A stretch of DNA of 64,000 nt from the human T2T-CHM13v2.0 reference genome, Homo sapiens. Below the pieces are notes generated by a model that was not told the origin of the DNA, ran no database searches, and saw nothing but the letters and a program-made list of their open reading frames with translations. The position numbers were made by a program, and so were the translations under genes. This document shows positions 37,801 to 52,800 of the stretch, piece by piece. Numbering within the stretch: the stretch's first letter is position 1; every line of letters begins with the position of its first letter. Where the stretch lies: assembly GCF_009914755.1 (NCBI RefSeq), contig NC_060941.1; one strand, written 5' to 3'.

Positions 37801-40800
37801 ATTCCTTTGGATGGAGCAGTTTCGAAACACACTATTTGTAGAATGTGCAAGTGGATATTTAGGCCTCTCTGAGGATTTCGTTGGAAACGGGATAAACCGC
37901 ACAGAACTAAACAGAAGCATTCTCAGAACCTTCTTCGTGATGTTTGCATTCAACTCACAGTGTTGAACCTTTCTTTGATAGTTCAGGTTTGAAACGGTCT
38001 TTCTGTAGAAACTGCAAGTAGATATTTGGACCTCTCTGAGGATTTCGTTGGAAACGGGATAACCCGCACAGAACTAAAACAGAAGCATTCTCAGAACCCT
38101 CTTCGTGATGTTTGCATTCAACTCACAGTGCTGAACCTTTCTTTGATAGTTCAGCTTTGAAACACTCTTTTTGTAGAAACTGCAAGTGGATATTTGGTCC
38201 TCTCTGAGCATTTCGTTGGAAACGGGATAAACTGCACAGAACTAAACAGAAGCATTCTCAGAACCTTCTTCGTGATGTCTGCATTCAACTCACAGTGTGG
38301 AACCTTTCTTTGATAGTTCAGGTTTGAAACACTCTTTTTGTAGAAACTGCAAGGGGATAATTGCACTCTTTGAGGAGTACCGTAGTAAAGGAAATAACTT
38401 CCTATAAAAAGAAGACAGAAGCTTTCTCAGAAAATTCTTTGGGATGATTGAGTTGAACTCACAGAGCTGAGCATTCCTTGCGATGTAGCAGTTTAGAAAC
38501 ACACTTTCTGCAGAATCTGCAAGTGCATATTTGGACCTCTGTGAGGAATTCGTTGGAAACGGGATAATTTCAGCTGACTAAACAGAAGCAGTCTCAGAAT
38601 CTTCTTTGTGATGTTTGCATTCAAATCCCCGAGTTGAACTTTCCTTTCAAAGTTCACGTTTGAAAAACTCTTTTTGCAGGATCTACAAGTGGATATTTGG
38701 ACCACTCTGTGTCCTTCGTTCGAAACGGGTATATCTTCACATGACATCTAGACAGAAGCATCCTCAGAAGCTTCTCTGTGATGACTGCATTCAACTCACG
38801 GAGTTGAACACTCCTTTTGAGAGCGCAGTTTTGAAACTCTCTTTCTGTGGCATCTGCAAGGGGACATGTAGACCTCTTTGAAGATTTCGTTGGAAACGGA
38901 ATCATCTTCACATAAAAACTATACAGATGCATTCTCAGGAACTTTTTGGTGACGTTTGTATTCAACTCCCAGAGTTGAACTTTCCTTTGGAAAGAGCAGC
39001 TATGAAACACTGTTTTTCTAGAATCTGCAAGTGGACGTTTGGAGGGCTTTGTGGTTTGTGGTGGAAAAGGAAATATCTTCACCTAAATACTAGATAGAAG
39101 CATTCTCAGAAACTGCTTTGTGATGATTGCATTCACCTCACAGAGTTGAACATTCGTATTGATAGAGCAGTTTGGAAACACTCTTGTTGTGGAATGTGCA
39201 AGTGGAGATTTGGAGCGCTTTGAGGCCTATGGTAGTAAAGGGAATAGCTTCATAGAAAAACTAGACAGAAGCATTCTCAGAAAATACTTTGTGATGATTG
39301 AGTTTAACTCACAGAGCTGAACATTCCTTTGGATGGAGCAGGTTTGAGACACACTTTTTGTAGAATCTACAAGTGGATATTTGGACCTCTCTGAGGATTT
39401 CGTTGGAAACGGGATAACTGCACCTAACTAAACGGAAGCATTCTCAGAAACTTCTTGGTGATGTTTGCATTCAAATCCCAGAGTTGAACCTTCCTTTGAT
39501 AGTTCAGGTTTGAAACACTCTTTTTGTAGGATCTGCAAGTGGATATTTGGACCACTCTGTGGCCTTCGTTCGAAACGGGTATATCTTCGCATAAAATCTA
39601 GACAGAAGCCTTCTCAGAAACTTCTCTGTGATGATTGCATTCAACTCACAGAGTTGAACCCTCCTATGGATAGAGCAGTGTTGAAACTCTCTTTTTGTGG
39701 AATCTGCAAGTGGCTATGTGGACCTCTCCGAAGATGTCTTTGGAAACGGGAATATCTTCACATAAAAACTAAACAGAAGCATTCTCAGAAACTTCTCTGT
39801 GATGTTTGTGTTCAACTCCCAGAGTTTCACATTGCTTTTCATAGAGTAGTTCTGAAACATGCTTTTCGTAGTGTCTACAAGTGGACATTTGGAGCGCTTT
39901 CAGGCCTGTGGTGGAAAACGAATTATGGTCACATAAAAACTGGAGAGAAGCATTGTCAGAAACTTCTTTGTGATGATTGCATTCAACTCACAGAGTTGAA
40001 GGTTCCTTTTCAAAGAGCAGTTTCCAATCACTCTTTCTGTGGAATCTGCAAGTGGATATTTGGACCTATTTTGAAGATTTCGTTGGAAACGGGAGAATCT
40101 TCACAGGAAAGCTAAACAGAAGCATTCTCAGAAACTTCTTTGTGATGCTCGCATTCAACTCACAGAGTTGAACTTTCCTTTCGAGAGAGAAGCTTTGAAA
40201 CACTCTTTTTCCAGAATCTGCAAGTGGACATTTGGAGGGCTTTGAGGCCTGTGGTGGAAAAGGAATTATCTTCCCGTAAAAGCTAGATAGAAGCATTCTC
40301 AGAAACTACTTTGTGATGATTGCATTCAAGTCACAGAGTTGAACATTCCCTTTGACAGAGCAGTTTGGAAACTCTCTTTGTGTAGAATCTGCAAGTGGAG
40401 ATATGGACCACTTTGAGGCCTATGGTAGTAAAGGAAATAGCTTCATATAAAAGCTAGACAGTAGCATTCACAGAAAACTCTTGGTGACGACTGAGTTTAA
40501 CTCACAGAGCTGAACATTCCTTTGGATGGAGCAGTTTCGAAACACACTATTTGTAGAATGTGCAAGTGGATATTTAGGCCTCTCTGAGGATTTCGTTGGA
40601 AACGGGATAAACCGCACAGAACTAAACAGAAGCATTCTCAGAACCTTCTTCGTGATGTTTGCATTCAACTCACAGTGTTGAACCTTTCTTTGATAGTTCA
40701 GGTTTGAAACGGTCTTTCTGTAGAAACTGCAAGTAGATATTTGGACCTCTCTGAGGATTTCGTTGGAAACGGGATAACCCGCACAGAACTAAAACAGAAG

Positions 40801-43800
40801 CATTCTCAGAACCCTCTTCGTGATGTTTGCATTCAACTCCCAGTGCTGAACCTTTCTTTGATAGTTCAGCTTTGAAACACTCTTTTTGTAGAAACTGCAA
40901 GTGGATATTTGGTCCTCTCTGAGCATTTCGTTGGAAACGGGATAAACTGCACAGAACTAAACAGAAGCATTCTCAGAACCTTCTTCGTGATGTCTGCATT
41001 CAACTCACAGTGTGGAACCTTTCTTTGATAGTTCAGGTTTGAAACACTCTTTTTGTAGAAACTGCAAGGGGATAATTGCACTCTTTGAGGAGTACCGTAG
41101 TAAAGGAAATAACTTCCTATAAAAAGAAGACAGAAGCTTTCTCAGAAAATTCTTTGGGATGATTGAGTTGAACTCACAGAGCTGAGCATTCCTTGCGATG
41201 TAGCAGTTTAGAAACACACTTTCTGCAGAATCTGCAAGTGCATATTTGGACCTCTGTGAGGAATTCGTTGGAAACGGGATAATTTCAGCTGACTAAACAG
41301 AAGCAGTCTCAGAATCTTCTTTGTGATGTTTGCATTCAAATCCCCGAGTTGAACTTTCCTTTCAAAGTTCACGTTTGAAAAACTCTTTTTGCAGGATCTA
41401 CAAGTGGATATTTGGACCACTCTGTGTCCTTCGTTCGAAACGGGTATATCTTCACATGACATCTAGACAGAAGCATCCTCAGAAGCTTCTCTGTGATGAC
41501 TGCATTCAACTCACGGAGTTGAACACTCCTTTTGAGAGCGCAGTTTTGAAACTCTCTTTCTGTGGCATCTGCAAGGGGACATGTAGACCTCTTTGAAGAT
41601 TTCGTTGGAAACGGAATCATCTTCACATAAAAACTATACAGATGCATTCTCAGGAACTTTTTGGTGACGTTTGTATTCAACTCCCAGAGTTGAACTTTCC
41701 TTTGGAAAGAGCAGCTATGAAACACTGTTTTTCTAGAATCTGCAAGTGGACGTTTGGAGGGCTTTGTGGTTTGTGGTGGAAAAGGAAATATCTTCACCTA
41801 AATACTAGATAGAAGCATTCTCAGAAACTGCTTTGTGATGATTGCATTCACCTCACAGAGTTGAACATTCGTATTGATAGAGCAGTTTGGAAACACTCTT
41901 GTTGTGGAATGTGCAAGTGGAGATTTGGAGCGCTTTGAGGCCTATGGTAGTAAAGGGAATAGCTTCATAGAAAAACTAGACAGAAGCATTCTCAGAAAAT
42001 ACTTTGTGATGATTGAGTTTAACTCACAGAGCTGAACATTCCTTTGGATGGAGCAGGTTTGAGACACACTTTTTGTAGAATCTACAAGTGGATATTTGGA
42101 CCTCTCTGAGGATTTCGTTGGAAACGGGATAACTGCACCTAACTAAACGGAAGCATTCTCAGAAACTTCTTGGTGATGTTTGCATTCAAATCCCAGAGTT
42201 GAACCTTCCTTTGATAGTTCAGGTTTGAAACACTCTTTTTGTAGGATCTGCAAGTGGATATTTGGACCACTCTGTGGCCTTCGTTCGAAACGGGTATATC
42301 TTCGCATAAAATCTAGACAGAAGCCTTCTCAGAAACTTCTCTGTGATGATTGCATTCAACTCACAGAGTTGAACCCTCCTATGGATAGAGCAGTGTTGAA
42401 ACTCTCTTTTTGTGGAATCTGCAAGTGGATATGTGGACCTCTCCGAAGATGTCTTTGGAAACGGGAATATCTTCACATAAAAACTAAACAGAAGCATTCT
42501 CAGAAACTTCTCTGTGATGTTTGTGTTCAACTCCCAGAGTTTCACATTGCTTTTCATAGAGTAGTTCTGAAACATGCTTTTCGTAGTGTCTACAAGTGGA
42601 CATTTGGAGCGCTTTCAGGCCTGTGGTGGAAAACGAATTATGGTCACATAAAAACTGGAGAGAAGCATTGTCAGAAACTTCTTTGTGATGATTGCATTCA
42701 ACTCACAGAGTTGAAGGTTCCTTTTCAAAGAGCAGTTTCCAATCACTCTTTCTGTGGAATCTGCAAGTGGATATTTGGACCTATTTTGAAGATTTCGTTG
42801 GAAACGGGAGAATCTTCACAGGAAAGCTAAACAGAAGCATTCTCAGAAACTTCTTTGTGATGCTTGCATTCAACTCACAGAGTTGAACTTTCCTTTCGAG
42901 AGAGAAGCTTTGAAACACTCTTTTTCCAGAATCTGCAAGTGGACATTTGGAGGGCTTTGAGGCCTGTGGTGGAAAAGGAATTATCTTCCCGTAAAAGCTA
43001 GATAGAAGCATTCTCAGAAACTACTTTGTGATGATTGCATTCAAGTCACAGAGTTGAACATTCCCTTTGACAGAGCAGTTTGGAAACTCTCTTTGTGTAG
43101 AATCTGCAAGTGGAGATATGGACCGCTTTGAGGCCTATGGTAGTAAAGGAAATAGCTTCATATAAAAGCTAGACAGTAGCATTCACAGAAAACTCTTGGT
43201 GACGACTGAGTTTAACTCACAGAGCTGAACATTCCTTTGGATGGAGCAGTTTCGAAACACACTATTTGTAGAATGTGCAAGTGGATATTTAGGCCTCTCT
43301 GAGGATTTCGTTGGAAACGGGATAAACCGCACAGAACTAAACAGAAGCATTCTCAGAACCTTCTTCGTGATGTTTGCATTCAACTCACAGTGTTGAACCT
43401 TTCTTTGATAGTTCAGGTTTGAAACGGTCTTTCTGTAGAAACTGCAAGTAGATATTTGGACCTCTCTGAGGATTTCGTTGGAAACGGGATAACCCGCACA
43501 GAACTAAAACAGAAGCATTCTCAGAACCCTCTTCGTGATGTTTGCATTCAACTCACAGTGCTGAACCTTTCTTTGATAGTTCAGCTTTGAAACACTCTTT
43601 TTGTAGAAACTGCAAGTGGATATTTGGTCCTCTCTGAGGATTTCGTTGGAAACGGGATAAACTGCACAGAACTAAACAGAAGCATTCTCAGAACCTTCTT
43701 CGTGATGTCTGCATTCAACTCACAGTGTGGAACCTTTCTTTGATAGTTCAGGTTTGAAACACTCTTTTTGTAGAAACTGCAAGGGGATAATTGCACTCTT

Positions 43801-46800
43801 TGAGGAGTACCGTAGTAAAGGAAATAACTTCCTATAAAAAGAAGACAGAAGCTTTCTCAGAAAATTCTTTGGGATGATTGAGTTGAACTCACAGAGCTGA
43901 GCATTCCTTGCGATGTAGCAGTTTAGAAACACACTTTCTGCAGAATCTGCAAGTGCATATTTGGACCTCTGTGAGGAATTCGTTGGAAACGGGATAATTT
44001 CAGCTGACTAAACAGAAGCAGTCTCAGAATCTTCTTTGTGATGTTTGCATTCAAATCCCCGAGTTGAACTTTCCTTTCAAAGTTCACGTTTGAAACACTC
44101 TTTTTGCAGGATCTACAAGTGGATATTTGGACCACTCTGTGTCCGTCGTTCGAAACGGGTATATCTTCACATGACATCTAGACAGAAGCATCCTCAGAAG
44201 CTTCTCTGTGATGACTGCATTCAACTCACGGAGTTGAACACTCCTTTTGAGAGCGCAGTTTTGAAACTCTCTTTCTGTGGCATCTGCAAGGGGACATGTA
44301 GACCTCTTTGAAGATTTCGTTGGAAACGGAATCATCTTCACATAAAAACTACACAGATGCATTCTCAGGAACTTTTTGGTGATGTTTGTATTCAACTCCC
44401 AGAGTTGAACTTTCCTTTGGAAAGAGCAGCTATGAAACACTCTTTTTCTAGAATCTGCAAGTGGACGTTTGGAGGGCTTTGTGGTTTGTGGTGGAAAAGG
44501 AAATATCTTCACCTAAATACTAGATAGAAGCATTCTCAGAAACTGCTTTGTGATGATTGCATTCACCTCACAGAGTTGAACATTCCTATTGATAGAGCAG
44601 TTTGGAAACACTCTTGTTGTGGAATGTGCAAGTGGAGATTTGGAGCGCTTTGAGGCCTATGGTAGTAAAGGGAATAGCTTCATAGAAAAACTAGACAGAA
44701 GCATTCTCAGAAAATACTTTGTGATGATTGAGTTTAACTCACAGAGCTGAACATTCCTTTGGATGGAGCAGGTTTGAGACACACTTTTTGTAGAATCTAC
44801 AAGTGGATATTTGGACCTCTCTGAGGATTTCGTTGGAAACGGGATAACTGCACCTAACTAAACGGAAGCATTCTCAGAAACTTCTTGGTGATGTTTGCAT
44901 TCAAATCCCAGAGTTGAACCTTCCTTTGATAGTTCAGGTTTGAAACACTCTTTTTGTAGGATCTGCAAGTGGATATTTGGACCACTCTGTGGCCTTCGTT
45001 CGAAACGGGTATATCTTCGCATAAAATCTAGACAGAAGCCTTCTCAGAAACTTCTCTGTGATGATTGCATTCAACTCACAGAGTTGAACCCTCCTATGGA
45101 TAGAGCAGTGTTGAAACTCTCTTTTTGTGGAATCTGCAAGTGGATACGTGGACCTCTCCGAAGATGTCTTTGGAAACGGGAATATCTTCACATAAAAACT
45201 AAACAGAAGCATTCTCAGAAACTTCTCTGTGATGTTTGTGTTCAACTCCCAGAGTTTCACATTGCTTTTCATAGAGTAGTTCTGAAACATGCTTTTCGTA
45301 GTGTCTACAAGTGGACATTTGGAGCGCTTTCAGGCCTGTGGTGGAAAACGAATTATGGTCACATAAAAACTGGAGAGAAGCATTGTCAGAAACTTCTTTG
45401 TGATGATTGCATTCAACTCACAGAGTTGAAGGTTCCTTTTCAAAGAGCAGTTTCCAATCACTCTTTGTGTGGAATCTGCAAGTGGATATTTGGACCTATT
45501 TTGAAGATTTCGTTGGAAATGGGAGAATCTTCACAGGAAAGCTAAACAGAAGCATTCTCAGAAACTTCTTTGTGATGCTTGCATTCAACTCACAGAGTTG
45601 AACTTTCCTTTCGAGAGAGAAGCTTTGAAACACTCTTTTTCCAGAATCTGCAAGTGGACATTTGGAGGGCTTTGAGGCCTGTGGTGGAAAAGGAATTATC
45701 TTCCCGTAAAAGCTAGATAGAAGCATTCTCAGAAACTACTTTGTGATGATTGCATTCAAGTCACAGAGTTGAACATTCCCTTTGACAGAGCAGTTTGGAA
45801 ACTCTCTTTGTGTAGAATCTGCAAGTGGAGATACGGACCGCTTTGAGGCCTATGGTAGTAAAGGAAATAGCTTCATATAAAAGCTAGACAGTAGCATTCA
45901 CAGAAAACTCTTGGTGACGACTGAGTTTAACTCACAGAGCTGAACATTCCTTTGGATGGAGCAGTTTCGAAACACACTATTTGTAGAATGTGCAAGTGGA
46001 TATTTAGGCCTCTCTGAGGATTTCGTTGGAAACGGGTTAAACCGCACAGAACTAAACAGAAGCATTCTCAGAACCTTCTTCGTGATGTTTGCATTCAACT
46101 CACAGTGTTGAACCTTTCTTTGATAGTTCAGGTTTGAAACGGTCTTTCTGCAGAAACTGCAAGTAGATATTTGGACCTCTCTGAGGATTTCGTTGGAAAC
46201 GGGATACCCCGCACAGAACTAAAACAGAAGCATTCTCAGAACCCTCTTCGTGATGTTTGCATTCAACTCACAGTGCTGAACCTTTCTTTGATAGTTCAGC
46301 TTTGAAACACTCTTTTTGTAGAAACTGCAAGTGGATATTTGGTCCTCTCTGAGGATTTCGTTGGAAACGGGATAAACTGCACAGAACTAAACAGAAGCAT
46401 TCTCAGAACCTTCTTCGTGATGTCTGCATTCAACTCACAGTGTGGAACCTTTCTTTGATAGTTCAGGTTTGAAACACTCTTTTTGTAGAAACTGCAAGGG
46501 GATAATTGCACTCTTTGAGGAGTACCGTAGTAAAGGAAATAACTTCCTATAAAAAGAAGACAGAAGCTTTCTCAGAAAATTCTTTGGGATGATTGAGTTG
46601 AACTCACAGAGCTGAGCATTCCTTGCGATGTAGCAGTTTAGAAACACACTTTCTGCAGAATCTGCAAGTGCATATTTGGACCTCTGTGAGGAATTCGTTG
46701 GAAACGGGATAATTTCAGCTGACTAAACAGAAGCAGTCTCAGAATCTTCTTTGTGATGTTTGCATTCAAATCCCCGAGTTGAACTTTCCTTTCAAAGTTC

Positions 46801-49800
46801 ACGTTTGAAACACTCTTTTTGCAGGATCTACAAGTGGATATTTGGACCACTCTGTGTCCTTCGTTCGAAACGGGTATATCTTCACATGACATCTAGACAG
46901 AAGCATCCTCAGAAGCTTCTCTGTGATGACTGCATTCAACTCACGGAGTTGAACACTCCTTTTGAGAGCGCAGTTTTGAAACTCTCTTTCTGTGGCATCT
47001 GCAAGGGGACATGTAGACCTCTTTGAAGATTTCGTTGGAAACGGAATCATCTTCACATAAAAACTATACAGATGCATTCTCAGGAACTTTTTGGTGATGT
47101 TTGTATTCAACTCCCAGAGTTGAACTTTCCTTTGGAAAGAGCAGCTATGAAACACTGTTTTTCTAGAATCTGCAAGTGGACGTTTGGAGGGCTTTGTGGT
47201 TTGTGGTGGAAAAGGAAATATCTTCACCTAAATACTAGATAGAAGCATTCTCAGAAACTGCTTTGTGATGATTGCATTCACCTCACAGAGTTGAACATTC
47301 CTATTGATAGAGCAGTTTGGAAACACTCTTGTTGTGGAATGTGCAAGTGGAGATTTGGAGCGCTTTGAGGCCTATGGTAGTAAAGGGAATAGCTTCATAG
47401 AAAAACTAGACAGAAGCATTCTCAGAAAATACTTTGTGATGATTGAGTTTAACTCACAGAGCTGAACATTCCTTTGGATGGAGCAGGTTTGAGACACACT
47501 TTTTGTAGAATCTACAAGTGGATATTTGGACCTCTCTGAGGATTTCGTTGGAAACGGGATAACTGCACCTAACTAAACGGAAGCATTCTCAGAAACTTCT
47601 TGGTGATGTTTGCATTCAAATCCCAGAGTTGAACCTTCCTTTGATAGTTCAGGTTTGAAACACTCTTTTTGTAGGATCTGCAAGTGGATATTTGGACCAC
47701 TCTGTGGCCTTCGTTCGAAACGGGTACATCTTCGCATAAAATCTAGACAGAAGCCTTCTCAGAAACTTCTCTGTGATGATTGCATTCAACTCACAGAGTT
47801 GAACCCTCCTATGGATAGAGCAGTGTTGAAACTCTCTTTTTGTGGAATCTGCAAGTGGATACGTGGACCTCTCCGAAGACGTCTTTCGAAACGGGAATAT
47901 CTTCACATAAAAACTAAACAGAAGCATTCTCAGAAACTTCTCTGTGATGTTTGTGTTCAACTCCCAGAGTTTCACATTGCTTTTCATAGAGTAGTTCTGA
48001 AACATGCTTTTCGTAGTGTCTACAAGTGGACATTTGGAGCGCTTTCAGGCCTGTGGTGGAAAACGAATTATGGTCACATAAAAACTGGAGAGAAGCATTG
48101 TCAGAAACTTCTTTGTGATGATTGCATTCAACTCACAGAGTTGAAGGTTCCTTTTCAAAGAGCAGTTTCCAATCACTCTTTGTGTGGAATCTGCAAGTGG
48201 ATATTTGGACCTATTTTGAAGATTTCGTTGGAAACGGGAGAATCTTCACAGGAAAGCTAAACAGAAGCATTCTCAGAAACTTCTTTGTGATGCTTGCATT
48301 CAACTCACAGAGTTGAACTTTCCTTTCGAGAGAGAAGCTTTGAAACACTCTTTTTCCAGAATCTGCAAGTGGACATTTGGAGGGCTTTGAGGCCTGTGGT
48401 GGAAAAGGAATTATCTTCCCGTAAAAGCTAGATAGAAGCATTCTCAGAAACTACTTTGTGATGATTGCATTCAAGTCACAGAGTTGAACATTCCCTTTGA
48501 CAGAGCAGTTTGGAAACTCTCTTTGTGTAGAATCTGCAAGTGGAGATATGGACCGCTTTGAGGCCTATGGTAGTAAAGGAAATAGCTTCATATAAAAGCT
48601 AGACAGTAGCATTCACAGAAAACTCTTGGTGACGACTGAGTTTAACTCACAGAGCTGAACATTCCTTTGGATGGAGCAGTTTCGAAACACACTATTTGTA
48701 GAATGTGCAAGTGGATATTTAGGCCTCTCTGAGGATTTCGTTGGAAACGGGATAAACCGCACAGAACTAAACAGAAGCATTCTCAGAACCTTCTTCGTGA
48801 TGTTTGCATTCAACTCACAGTGTTGAACCTTTCTTTGATAGTTCAGGTTTGAAACGGTCTTTCTGCAGAAACTGCAAGTAGATATTTGGACCTCTCTGAG
48901 GATTTCGTTGGAAACGGGATACCCCGCACAGAACTAAAACAGAAGCATTCTCAGAACCCTCTTCGTGATGTTTGCATTCAACTCACAGTGCTGAACCTTT
49001 CTTTGATAGTTCAGCTTTGAAACACTCTTTTTGTAGAAACTGCAAGTGGATATTTGGTCCTCTCTGAGGATTTCGTTGGAAACGGGATAAACTGCACAGA
49101 ACTAAACAGAAGCATTCTCAGAACCTTCTTCGTGATGTCTGCATTCAACTCACAGTGTGGAACCTTTCTTTGATAGTTCAGGTTTGAAACACTCTTTTTG
49201 TAGAAACTGCAAGGGGATAATTGCACTCTTTGAGGAGTACCGTAGTAAAGGAAATAACTTCCTATAAAAAGAAGACAGAAGCTTTCTCAGAAAATTCTTT
49301 GGGATGATTGAGTTGAACTCACAGAGCTGAGCATTCCTTGCGATGTAGCAGTTTAGAAACACACTTTCTGCAGAATCTGCAAGTGCATATTTGGACCTCT
49401 GTGAGGAATTCGTTGGAAACGGGATAATTTCAGCTGACTAAACAGAAGCAGTCTCAGAATCTTCTTTGTGATGTTTGCATTCAAATACCCGTGTTGAACT
49501 TTCCTTTCAAAGTTCACGTTTGAAACACTCTTTTTGCAGGATCTACAAGTGGATATTTGGACCACTCTGTGTCCTTCGTTCGAAACGGGTATATCTTCAC
49601 ATGACATCTAGACAGAAGCATCCTCAGAAGCTTCTCTGTGATGACTGCATTCAACTCACGGAGTTGAACACTCCTTTTGAGAGCGCAGTTTTGAAACTCT
49701 CTTTCTGTGGCATCTGCAAGGGGACATGTAGACCTCTTTGAAAATTTCGTTGGAAACGGAATCATCTTCACATAAAAACTACACAGATGCATTCTCAGGA

Positions 49801-52800
49801 ACTTTTTGGTGATGTTTGTATTCAACTCCCAGAGTTGAACTTTCCTTTGGAAAGAGCAGCTATGAAACACTGTTTTTCTAGAATCTGCAAGTGGACGTTT
49901 GGAGGGCTTTGTGGTTTGTGGTGGAAAAGGAAATATCTTCACCTAAATACTAGATAGAAGCATTCTCAGAAACTGCTTTGTGATGATTGCATTCACCTCA
50001 CAGAGTTGAACATTCCTATTGATAGAGCAGTTTGGAAACACTCTTGTTGTGGAATGTGCAAGTGGAGATTTGGAGCGCTTTGAGGCCTATGGTAGTAAAG
50101 GGAATAGCTTCATAGAAAAACTAGACAGAAGCATTCTCAGAAAATACTTTGTGATGATTGAGTTTAACTCACAGAGCTGAACATTCCTTTGGATGGAGCA
50201 GGTTTGAGACACACTTTTTGTAGAATCTACAAGTGGATATTTGGACCTCTCTGAGGATTTCGTTGGAAACGGGATAACTGCACCTAACTAAACGGAAGCA
50301 TTCTCAGAAACTTCTTGGTGATGTTTGCATTCAAATCCCAGAGTTGAACCTTCCTTTGATAGTTCAGGTTTGAAACACTCTTTTTGTAGGATCTGCAAGT
50401 GGATATTTGGACCACTCTGTGGCCTTCGTTCGAAACGGGTACATCTTCGCATAAAATCTAGACAGAAGCCTTCTCAGAAACTTCTCTGTGATGATTGCAT
50501 TCAACTCACAGAGTTGAACCCTCCTATGGATAGAGCAGTGTTGAAACTCTCTTTTTGTGGAATCTGCAAGTGGATACGTGGACCTCTCCGAAGACGTCTT
50601 TCGAAACGGGAATATCTTCACATAAAAACTAAACAGAAGCATTCTCAGAAACTTCTCTGTGATGTTTGTGTTCAACTCCCAGAGTTTCACATTGCTTTTC
50701 ATAGAGTAGTTCTGAAACATGCTTTTCGTAGTGTCTACAAGTGGACATTTGGAGCGCTTTCAGGCCTGTGGTGGAAAACGAATTATGGTCACATAAAAAC
50801 TGGAGAGAAGCATTGTCAGAAACTTCTTTGTGATGATTGCATTCAACTCACAGAGTTGAAGGTTCCTTTTCAAAGAGCAGTTTCCAATCACTCTTTGTGT
50901 GGAATCTGCAAGTGGATATTTGGACCTATTTTGAAGATTTCGTTGGAAACGGGAGAATCTTCACAGGAAAGCTAAACAGAAGCATTCTCAGAAACTTCTT
51001 TGTGATGCTTGCATTCAACTCACAGAGTTGAACTTTCCTTTCGAGAGAGAAGCTTTGAAACACTCTTTTTCCAGAATCTGCAAGTGGACATTTGGAGGGC
51101 TTTGAGGCCTGTGGTGGAAAAGGAATTATCTTCCCGTAAAAGCTAGATAGAAGCATTCTCAGAAACTACTTTGTGATGATTGCATTCAAGTCACAGAGTT
51201 GAACATTCCCTTTGACAGAGCAGTTTGGAAACTCTCTTTGTGTAGAATCTGCAAGTGGAGATATGGACCGCTTTGAGGCCTATGGTAGTAAAGGAAATAG
51301 CTTCATATAAAAGCTAGACAGTAGCATTCACAGAAAACTCTTGGTGACGACTGAGTTTAACTCACAGAGCTGAACATTCCTTTGGATGGAGCAGTTTCGA
51401 AACACACTATTTGTAGAATGTGCAAGTGGATATTTAGGCCTCTCTGAGGATTTCGTTGGAAACGGGATAAACCGCACAGAACTAAACAGAAGCATTCTCA
51501 GAACCTTCTTCGTGATGTTTGCATTCAACTCACAGTGTTGAACCTTTCTTTGATAGTTCAGGTTTGAAACGGTCTTTCTGCAGAAACTGCAAGTAGATAT
51601 TTGGACCTCTCTGAGGATTTCGTTGGAAACGGGATACCCCGCACAGAACTAAAACAGAAGCATTCTCAGAACCCTCTTCGTGATGTTTGCATTCAACTCA
51701 CAGTGCTGAACCTTTCTTTGATAGTTCAGCTTTGAAACACTCTTTTTGTAGAAACTGCAAGTGGATATTTGGTCCTCTCTGAGGATTTCGTTGGAAACGG
51801 GATAAACTGCACAGAACTAAACAGAAGCATTCTCAGAACCTTCTTCGTGATGTCTGCATTCAACTCACAGTGTGGAACCTTTCTTTGATAGTTCAGGTTT
51901 GAAACACTCTTTTTGTAGAAACTGCAAGGAGATAATTGCACTCTTTGAGGAGTACCGTAGTAAAGGAAATAACTTCCTATAAAAAGAAGACAGAAGCTTT
52001 CTCAGAAAATTCTTTGGGATGATTGAGTTGAACTCACAGAGCTGAGCATTCCTTGCGATGTAGCAGTTTAGAAACACACTTTCTGCAGAATCTGCAAGTG
52101 CATATTTGGACCTCTGTGAGGAATTCGTTGGAAACGGGATAATTTCAGCTGACTAAACAGAAGCAGTCTCAGAATCTTCTTTGTGATGTTTGCATTCAAA
52201 TCCCCGAGTTGAACTTTCCTTTCAAAGTTCACGTTTGAAACACTCTTTTTGCAGGATCTACAAGTGGATATTTGGACCACTCTGTGTCCTTCGTTCGAAA
52301 CGGGTATATCTTCACATGACATCTAGACAGAAGCATCCTCAGAAGCTTCTCTGTGATGACTGCATTCAACTCACGGAGTTGAACACTCCTTTTGAGAGCG
52401 CAGTTTTGAAACTCTCTTTCTGTGGCATCTGCAAGGGGACATGTAGACCTCTTTGAAAATTTCGTTGGAAACGGAATCATCTTCACATAAAAACTACACA
52501 GATGCATTCTCAGGAACTTTTTGGTGATGTTTGTATTCAACTCCCAGAGTTGAACTTTCCTTTGGAAAGAGCAGCTATGAAACACTGTTTTTCTAGAATC
52601 TGCAAGTGGACGTTTGGAGGGCTTTGTGGTTTGTGGTGGAAAAGGAAATATCTTCACCTAAATACTAGATAGAAGCATTCTCAGAAACTGCTTTGTGATG
52701 ATTGCATTCACCTCACAGAGTTGAACATTCCTATTGATAGAGCAGTTTGGAAACACTCTTGTTGTGGAATGTGCAAGTGGAGATTTGGAGCGCTTTGAGG

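Noticed and set aside
47880-47897. Possible newly created or shifted CENP-B box in CGTCTTTCGAAACGGGA
   Set aside because: The new TTCG is 4 bp too close to CGGG to satisfy TTCGNNNNANNCGGG.
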